Of a stretch of 37,661 bases of DNA, positions 17,969 through 26,400 are shown piece by piece. Source of the stretch: a virus (taxonomy: Duplodnaviria > Caudoviricetes). Both the position numbers and the translations under genes were made by a program. The DNA lies in the IMG/VR virus record IMGVR_UViG_3300032327_000172, positions 1-37,661 of that record; one strand, 5' to 3'. Each line of letters opens with the position of its first letter. Positions within the stretch are counted from its first letter, which is position 1. Below the pieces are notes generated by a model. That model made no database searches and was not told the DNA's origin. It was given only the letters and a program-made list of their open reading frames with translations.

Positions 17969-18367
17969 TTAGTTGCGGCGCATCGTGCTGATATCTTTAG
18001 CTTCCTCGTCACTAAAGACAGGGACAGCATTACTTTTGTGCATAGTACCGATACCAAGAATCTTTGTTCCTGTGTATTTTGGTGCTGGCTTGCTAGATAC
18101 AGGACCATAATGTCCAGTATCCAAACTCTTGATGTGATGTGTGTTTGTACGACCTACAGGCGTGTCAAGTGAATAGACCAATGGTTCTGCTGCCATTGCT
18201 CGTTTGCGTTTCTTTTCTTGTTGCTCCACGCCCCACTTTTTCTGTAGTTCGTGCCAGTCAGATTCTAGTTCACGGTGTTTACGTGCTTCCTCTGCATTGC
18301 GAAACTTGATTTTGCCCTTGCGTTTGCCACCCATTGATAGGGAGGGATGTGCTAGATGCATGGTCAT
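17969..18367 (-). CDS. basic hypothetical phage protein
   Basis: C-terminal YTG...LGIGTMHKSNAVPVF block, which I recall from large phages. Confidence 0.65.
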   Translation of the reverse strand: MTMHLAHPSLSMGGKRKGKIKFRNAEEARKHRELESDWHELQKKWGVEQQEKKRKRAMAAEPLVYSLDTPVGRTNTHHIKSLDTGHYGPVSSKPAPKYTGTKILGIGTMHKSNAVPVFSDEEAKDISTMRRN

Positions 18368-18396
18368 ACGGGTATAAACATAGTTAATATAGAGAT

Positions 18397-18425
18397 ATTA
18401 TAATACAAAACCCATTTATTGTCAA
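18397..18425 (-). promoter_or_regulatory. consensus sigma70 early promoter
   Basis: TTGACA-ataaatgggttttgtat(17)-TATAAT. Confidence 0.85.
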
Positions 18426-18428
18426 CCG

Positions 18429-18818
18429 TCATCTTTTCAAGATTTCCATAATCTGTTCTTTTTCCAGAATGTCGGCTTCTAATTCCATATATTGCTTACG
18501 CAATTCTCGTAGATTTTCCCACTTTTTTTCTAGTTTTTCGTTAGGATGTAATATAGCTAATCGTTCTTCTAGTTTAGTCAAAGTCTTGTCTAGACTTTTT
18601 CCATTGAGTTTAATATCACCCTCAAAAACAGCATCACCTTTAACTTGCAAAGTACCAGTAGGTTGATAATTAATAGTATCAGTCCAGACTGGACTTGCGC
18701 CATTACTAACTAGAAATTGCCCGTTAGTTCCTGTAGTTATTGGATTTATATTTATACTAGTACCTGTAGTTGTATGAACCTGTGGGTATGTTGGTGGATA
18801 GATTGAACTATTATTCAT
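18429..18818 (-). CDS. hypothetical protein with C-terminal coiled coil
   Basis: 129 aa, ATGA overlap. Confidence 0.6.
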   Translation of the reverse strand: MNNSSIYPPTYPQVHTTTGTSININPITTGTNGQFLVSNGASPVWTDTINYQPTGTLQVKGDAVFEGDIKLNGKSLDKTLTKLEERLAILHPNEKLEKKWENLRELRKQYMELEADILEKEQIMEILKR

Positions 18819-19003
18819 GTTTTCTTTAATATATAACGGCCTTCTGCGTCTAATCCAATCTCAATATTATCTCCCTCTTTCCAGCCCATTTGGTCAAGCA
18901 ATGCTTGTGGGATAGGCAATAATAAGTCATCATCATTGTCAGGCATAGGTTGCGTTATGACTTCGTAACGCATTCTTTCTTGCCCAGGATTAGCTTTAGC
19001 CAT
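18815..19003 (-). CDS. AbrB/MazE/SpoVT-like DNA-binding protein
   Basis: LLLPIPQALLDQMGWKEGDNIEI swapped-hairpin pattern. Confidence 0.65.
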   Translation of the reverse strand: MAKANPGQERMRYEVITQPMPDNDDDLLLPIPQALLDQMGWKEGDNIEIGLDAEGRYILKKT

Positions 19004-19008
19004 GTAAC

Positions 19009-19038
19009 AGTATAGTATTTTTGTTGATTACTTATCAA
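19009..19038 (-). promoter_or_regulatory. sigma70-type promoter, leaderless
   Basis: TTGATA-18nt-TATACT-5nt-ATG(19003). Confidence 0.55.
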
Positions 19039-19607
19039 GATTTATGGATGAATGGACCATAAATCTGTTCAAGTTCTTTGATAGTTTGTGCCGTATTACT
19101 ATCTTCATGCTTTACTGCGATACCACCTGCACTATTCCAAGCATCTAAGTATTTGCCGTAATCGTCTACTAACACATTGGGTATGCCACCGTTTAGTGCA
19201 TGTTTGTACTTTGCTGCGGTAAATATTGCACCGTTACTCGTGCCAGGATTATATTGGTCTAACCAATCTTTTTTAGCTTCTATGCTAGCACTTGCGTAAG
19301 GCCCACGCAATGGGGCAGACAATACCGTAAACGGAATCTTGTTATCGTTCAACCACATGACGATACGCATACCACCTGTCAATGGTTTCAAGTCACGGAA
19401 AAACTGATAAACTTCTTCTGCGCTACTATTTGCTAAAACATTTATATCTGCTTCTCTATTTGGAATCTCTTTATAAGTAGAAACATTGTGTCTTTGTGCC
19501 CATGCGCCAAAGAAATCAGCTTGCACACCATCCATATCTAGGTATAGATGTGGCATCTTTTCTTCTGGTTCACTCTCAATTTCTTCAAAAATTTCTTGTA
19601 TACGCAT
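19035..19607 (-). CDS. HAD-family 5'(3')-deoxyribonucleotidase (NT5C-like)
   Basis: LYLDMDGVQADF, LSAP, K..W and LVDD motifs; start revised to MRIQEIFEE right after a late box. Confidence 0.8.
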   Translation of the reverse strand: MRIQEIFEEIESEPEEKMPHLYLDMDGVQADFFGAWAQRHNVSTYKEIPNREADINVLANSSAEEVYQFFRDLKPLTGGMRIVMWLNDNKIPFTVLSAPLRGPYASASIEAKKDWLDQYNPGTSNGAIFTAAKYKHALNGGIPNVLVDDYGKYLDAWNSAGGIAVKHEDSNTAQTIKELEQIYGPFIHKS

Positions 19608-19612
19608 GATTA

Positions 19613-19619
19613 TATTTAT
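19613..19619 (-). promoter_or_regulatory. late promoter ATAAATA (leaderless)
   Basis: ATAAATA-taatc-ATG(19607). Confidence 0.6.
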
Positions 19620-19647
19620 CTGCAACTAGATTGTAACGATTTTATAG

Positions 19648-19654
19648 CTAAATA
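19648..19654 (+). promoter_or_regulatory. late promoter CTAAATA for the plus-strand block
   Basis: CTAAATA followed by an A-rich leader and AAGGAG SD. Confidence 0.5.
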
Positions 19655-19693
19655 CATAGTACAACAATAATAACAACAATAAGGAGTACATTA

Positions 19694-19936
19694 GTGGCCA
19701 ATATGGTATGGTCTATTGTTATAATCAGTGCGGGAATCGTGTCCCCAGTTATACAGCAGATTGGAAGTTTTCAGGATGAGGCTACTTGCCAAAGAAGCCT
19801 TGCCGACTTGAAATCACAAGTACCTGTACAACATAAAATGGTATGTGTACAATATCCAGAACCTCCTATACCGCCCCCGCCTCCTCCACCGCCACCTAAA
19901 TCAGAATCACTTAATTCTAAGGACGCACGAAAATGA
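19694..19936 (+). CDS. small exported/membrane protein with poly-proline tail
   Basis: Hydrophobic N-terminus, two Cys, poly-Pro run; AAGGAG SD. Confidence 0.6.
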   Translation: MANMVWSIVIISAGIVSPVIQQIGSFQDEATCQRSLADLKSQVPVQHKMVCVQYPEPPIPPPPPPPPPKSESLNSKDARK

Positions 19937-20424
19937 TCGATCCGTTCACCGCTTTTGCGATAGCACAAGGTGCAGTGGCCGGAATAAAAAAAGCTGTGCA
20001 ACTAGGCAAAGATATAAACGGCCTCATAAACGAATTCAGCACTTTCTACAAGGCTGCGGATGATCTGCATCATTCTGCTACCAAAGCTAAGATAGAATCT
20101 ATCCGGATGAGCAATGCGGAGATCAATGCTAAAGCATTAGAGATGGCCATGCACTCTAGAGCATTGAGGCAACATGAGAAAGAACTGAAAGATATACTCT
20201 TCTGGTCTGGTAACGCAGAGGTCTATTATGAGATGCAAGCCGAACGCAGAAGAATGATGGAAGAACGACAAGCAGAGGATAAACGCATAGAAGAACAGAA
20301 ACAGAAAGACCGTGAAGCCAAAGCAAGAGCGGTCATGGGAACACTATGGATCATGGGTTCACTTTGTATCATTGCACCATTAGTGACTATCACATTCCAA
20401 GTAATAAGTAATAAGGGTTTTTAA
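19933..20424 (+). CDS. coiled-coil protein with C-terminal membrane anchor
   Basis: MIDPFTAFAIA start, charged helix, terminal TM segment. Confidence 0.65.
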   Translation: MIDPFTAFAIAQGAVAGIKKAVQLGKDINGLINEFSTFYKAADDLHHSATKAKIESIRMSNAEINAKALEMAMHSRALRQHEKELKDILFWSGNAEVYYEMQAERRRMMEERQAEDKRIEEQKQKDREAKARAVMGTLWIMGSLCIIAPLVTITFQVISNKGF

Positions 20425-20430
20425 CCTGTC

Positions 20431-20437
20431 ATAAATA
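20431..20437 (+). promoter_or_regulatory. late promoter ATAAATA
   Basis: 50 nt upstream of the giant gene. Confidence 0.5.
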
Positions 20438-20487
20438 TTAGTAGTAAAAGAGAAATATTAATGCTTACAGGAATTCAAGGTTAAGTT

Positions 20488-23400
20488 ATGGCAATATCAT
20501 TTGTTGCAGCCGGCACCGTAGTTACAGCAACAAACCCTGTTGTTACGCCTCCTGTGGGTTATCAAGATAGAGATTTGCTTGTACTAGTTATTTCCGGAAC
20601 TACCACTACTCCTGGAAGTGTTACGGGTATTTGGACAAGAATTGCTGCGCAGGGTGCATCACAATTTGTAACCATTTATGTTGGCTTTGCTCTTGGTACA
20701 GTACAAAATGCAGTAGTAACAGTTGGCAATGGTCAATCTACAGCAGTAATGCTTGCTTATCGTGGTGTAAGTGCATCTGATGTTATAAGTACTTTTAGCA
20801 CTGCGACTGCTGCAACTAGTTTAGCTACGAATACCTTTACTACAACATACGCTAATGAATATGTAATTAGTGTTTATGCTGGTAATCAAGTTGTCGGAAC
20901 ATGGACAGCTCCTGCTTCTACGACAAGTCGTGTTAATTTTTCTCCTACTAGTACTGTCAATGGATTATTAGTTGTTGATGAATCACAAACATCAGCGGGT
21001 TTAACTACTGCAAGAACTGCTACAATTACTGCTTCACATAATCTTTCTGCTGTTGCATTCTCTATCATACCAAGCGGTCGTTATTGGGTGGGCGGTACTG
21101 GAACATGGTCTACTGCAACAACTAACTGGTCATTCTCATCCGGCGGTGCTAGCGGTGCTCCTGCCCCGGGAGTAGCTGATCCTGTGTTCTTTGACCAATC
21201 AGCTACTTATACTGTCACCATGACAGGTGCATTAACATGCTTTGATATTACCACCAGTGCCGGTGTGGTTACATTTACATCTACGGGCACACTTGCGGTA
21301 TCCGGTTCTATGTCATTACTAGCAAGTACTATTTGGTCTGCGACCGGTCTTATAACATTTAACGCAGTATCTGCTAGAACAGTTACGACCAATGGAGTAG
21401 TAATAAATTCTTCAATAACATTTCAAGGCGGAACTGTAACTATTGGTTCCGGTACATGGAGTTTAGGTAGTGCATTGACTACTGTAAATACAGCTACTAC
21501 AACTTTATCTTTTGGGATACTGACACTAAATGGATTTGATTTAACAACTGGTATATTCAGTTCTAATAATACAAGTACTCGTACACTTAATTATGGTACA
21601 AGTAACATATATTTGACACACCCCACTGCTGGAACCACAGTATTAGATATGGCAACTCTTACAAGTTGTACTACTACAGGAACAGCAGGTTCATTTGGGT
21701 TTATATTAGATAGTAGTGTTAATAGGACGTTATCTTATGGAAGTACTGCGGCTGGAGTAACTGCTAATCCACAACCAAAATTAACTGTTACTTCTCCCGG
21801 ATCGGCTACGATTACAATTACCGCAACTAGTATTTTTCAAGAATTTGATTTTAGTACAAGTGGTGCTACAATAACAGGTGGTGCATCTATTCGGCAAAGT
21901 CTTACTCTTAGTGCTACTGGTACTTACAATACATTAAATGTACAAGCAAAAGGTGCAGGTTCAAGCACAACAGTACCGGCTGTATGGACTACTAATGGAA
22001 GAAGTCTTGGTGCAGTATCAATGGGTTTAGCACTAACATTAGGTCCTCATTACCAGTACATGAACGATGATTTACGCTGTACTAGTTTTACGATGACCTC
22101 TGGTCAATGGGATTTCAGTAATCAACCATCCGGTGTCACAGGTCCATTCAGTATAATATGTTCAGGTGCTATTAGTATTACTAGTTTAGGTACTTTAACA
22201 TCACTTACTGACCTTTATGGAAATTTGCCAGCATCATTTTCTTGTACTACATGGACTGATTCAGGTACATTATCATTAGTTAACAGTAGTATAACAGCAT
22301 CTACTAGTTTTACTCAAACTTCAGGTGCATTCACTTTACCCACTACCGGCACAGTAACTACTCCTGCGTTTACACAAACAGCCGGAACAGTGTCGTTGAG
22401 TACAGCATTAACTTTAACAGATACTTACACATTAACTGCTGGTACATTAACACTTAATGGGGTTGACTTAACCGCTGCTATATTCAGTTCACAAAATACT
22501 AATGTTAGATCAATTGTATTTGGTACTAACAATATCAATTTAGTAAGTTCTACTGCTGGACAAACTGCATTAAATTTAGGATATACTAATTTTACTTGGA
22601 CAGGCACTGGTGTTTTTAATACAACAATGAATGTTACCAAAACATTTACTGCTACAACTACGCCAACTCTTACATCTGCTATTAAACTTCTAATTACATC
22701 TGGATCAGCAGCAGCAACATTTACAGCAGGATGTTGGTTTGACACTTTAAATTTTAGTGGTTATAGTGGTACTGCTTCGGGGACAATAAATATCAAAAAT
22801 ATGACATTGAGTTCAGGTGGAACTTATACAAGTATTGTATTGACTACTTACGGTACCGGGTCGTATAATGGTAACGGAAATACTACTGGGGTAGGTGCAT
22901 TGACAATAGGAGTAGCTACACCAAACCCAACTGTAACTACATTGTCAAGCAATTTTAGTTGTACTACTTATACGCAATCTGTGGCCACCGCAACATTTGA
23001 TTTAAATAGTTTTGCTTTAACTTGCTCAAGTACCGCTACTTATAATGCCGGCACGTTAACAATGAATTCTGGTACTATAAACTGTACAACGTTTACTACT
23101 GGTACCAATTTCACTCTTAACAGTGGTACTATTAATCCATCTGTTTCTATTGTTGTGAATAACGGTGCGCCTAGTGCAGTATTTACCTATTCACCGGGCG
23201 GAACTTTAGGAGCGACTCCTGCTTTTACACTACAATCAGGTACTGCTGTTTTTAATCAAGACTATGCATTAACACAAAGTGGAACTTTTACTTTTTCTCA
23301 AGTCGCAGCAAGTGGTGTATTAACACTAAACAATGTAACATTATCAACTGGAGGATTTAACCGCACTGTATCTGGTGCAAATACTATAAATTTTGGAACT

Positions 23401-26400
23401 AGTGGACAGATATTGTTAACCGGAAATAACATGAATGTCTGGAATGTTACCAATGCAGTAATAACTACGACAGGCACGGTAGCTATAAACAGCACATATA
23501 CCGGTAGTGTTGGCACTAGAACTTTCAGTTTTTACGTAGTCCCTCAATTTAGTATTGCTATAGGGTCTCCTGGAACTGGTTTTAATATGTATTTGGCATC
23601 TGGTGCAACAGATACGGTAACGTTACTTGGCGGCTTGAACTCAGTCGATTTAACTGGAATGACTTTTACATATCTTCCTGGTGCAATGACAGTCAATAGT
23701 ACTACTTTTATTATACCGGCAACAGGCGGTTCAGTGAGTGCAAGTACTGGGCTTCTTGAATTTGCTGCTACTACCGGCGTGACTACCAATATCTCAATAG
23801 GTAGAGCGATTGATAATCCTATATTGATGAGTGGTCTTGGTACATATTTATTAAATAGTAATTTAACAACCGGTAGTACTAGAACAACTACATTCAGTAA
23901 TGGTACATTTAGACTTAATAATTATGTAGTGACAACTGGATTGTTTGTTTCAACATTAGCTAATGCAAGAACAATAGCTTTCGGAACTGGTTACTTCAAT
24001 GTAACTGGTACTGGTACTATCTGGAATACAGGAACTATCACTGGGCCTTTAACTATTACCGGTATCCCCGTTGTCAATGTAACAAGTACCGGTAGTACTG
24101 CTATTACTGTTGCATCTGGTGCATTGCCAGAAGCGCAAGCAATAAGTTTCAACTTTACCGGCGGAACATATGCATTGACATTTTTAGGTACAGCAGGATA
24201 TACAGCAAAAAGTGTAGATTTTACTGGGTTCGCAGGATCATGGACTTTAAGTACAGACAACACCATATATGGAAATTGGAAATATTCTACTGGAATGACT
24301 GTTACAACAGCACCAAATACTTTAGTATTTGGTGCTAGTGTTGGTAATACGCAAACAATGACCAGTAATGGTAAAACAACGAATACAATAAAACTTACAG
24401 GTGGCGGAATTGTTAGTTTGACAGACCCATTGACCCTAAGTTCTGACGTAATAGTAGAAGCTGGCACATTCCAAACAAACAATTATGATGTATCATGCTT
24501 TCAATTTAGTTCATATACTACCACTACAACTAGAGCAATAAATTTAGGTAGTTCTACAATTACAATGAGTGGTACATTCCATGTCATTACCACTGGATTA
24601 ACATTTAATGCCGGCACTAGTACAATAAATTATACAGGTTTTAATGATGTTTTAGTAGATAACGGATCAACGAACGGCTTGACTTTTTATAATTTCATTT
24701 ATACTGGAACCGGTAGTACCAGTAAATCAATGACAGGAAAAAATACATTTAACAATTTAACATTATTTACCGATACTTCAGGTGGCGCAAATGGTGGGTA
24801 TGTAATTACCAATGATATCGTAGTCAATGGTAATTTTACTATACCTGTACCAACTGGCACCACTTACGTTAGTAGATTTACATTAACGTCGGCTACTGTA
24901 GGGACTCAAGTTAAAATAACTGTTAATGGTAATATATCACCACTGTCTTATGTTAATTTTAGAGATATTAATGCTCAAGGTAAATGGTTGCCTTGGACTG
25001 GTACATTATTAGGTAATATAGGTAATAACAATAATATTTCATTTAGACCAGGAGTGAATAAGTATTGGAGTTTCGCAGCAGGAGGTAGCATTACCTCTAT
25101 TGCTTGGGCATTGACATCAGGTGGGTCTCCGTCTAGTGCTAATTTTCCTTTGCCTCAAGATACTATCGTAATAGACAACAATGGACTAAACACAAGTGCG
25201 TCAATTTCAATGGGAACAGATTTTTATTTTACTACCATAAATATGGCAGGTAGAACAAATGCTTTTACATTAAGCACTGGTAGTGGTACTAACATCTACT
25301 GTTCAGGTGATTGGATAAACGGATCAGGGTTGACAAGCGTGACAGGCGTTGGTGGTAGACTACGGTTCGGGAACAGTTTACCAGGTTATGTTCAAAGTAT
25401 AACAAGTGCGGGTAAATTGATGACTCCACAAGTTTATATTAACACAAATGGAATAGTTCAATTATCGGACAACTTCGACCAAGACTCGTTAGTTGGACTG
25501 CAAGGATTTGAACTTACAGCAGGCACGCTTACCCTTAACGGGTTTAATTTGAATACTGCACAATTTAACTCAAGTCTTACAAATGTCCGTGCTATCAACT
25601 TTGGTTCAACTTTTATAAATCTTACACATACTACAGCAGGAACAACTGTTTTAAGTATGAATAATGCTACTAATTTTAGTGCGACTGGTACTGGTGGCTT
25701 TAGAGCAAACATGTCAGTAACTAGATCATTTGATTGTGGTAGTGGCGGTGTGCCTACAGTAGCACCAAACTTGTTTATATTTTCAGGTGGAAGTATACCT
25801 ACTATTAGTAGTGGTAGTTATTTTAATACAATAGACTTCACCGGTAGTACTTGTACACCGGCTGTAACAACAGTTAACATTATTGGTTTGGTATTAGCAA
25901 GTGGTGGAACTTATACTAACTTGTCATTGAATGCTAGAGGTAATGGAACATTAACATTTAATGCAAAAACTGTAGTAGCAGTTACTGTATTATCAGGAAG
26001 CCCACAAATATCCGGAACATGTGCTTGTACGACATTCACTGTCAACGGCGGAACACTTACTGCTTGGGGTGGTACGATTGCTCCTTCAGGAAGTTTTGTT
26101 GTTACTAGTGGTAATGTATTCTTAAGCAATGGTGGTACATTAACCGTGACCACAATTACTCAAAACGGCGGCGGTGTATATCTAACTGCAAGTTTCACGA
26201 TGACTGCTGGAACTAGTACATACACATTCAATGCAGGTACATTAAGTATATACAATACAGGTAGCAATCAAGTATTGTCAGTTGGTAGATTTATTTCTAA
26301 CGGCACTGGCGTTCGTTTCTTGCAAATTTATGGACAGATAAGATTAACAAATACAACAGCAGCAGCAGTTGCAGTTGATATGGCAAATACAACTAACTTG

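Noticed and set aside
18429-19003. Toxin-antitoxin pair (AbrB/MazE-like plus downstream gene)
   Set aside because: The downstream 129-aa protein shows no MazF, PIN or RelE features.
20421-20487. Possible third SD-occluding pairing (TTAACCT/AGGTTAA) and a 7-codon mini-ORF before the giant gene
   Set aside because: Only 7 AT-rich bp across a 50-nt loop, too weak to support.
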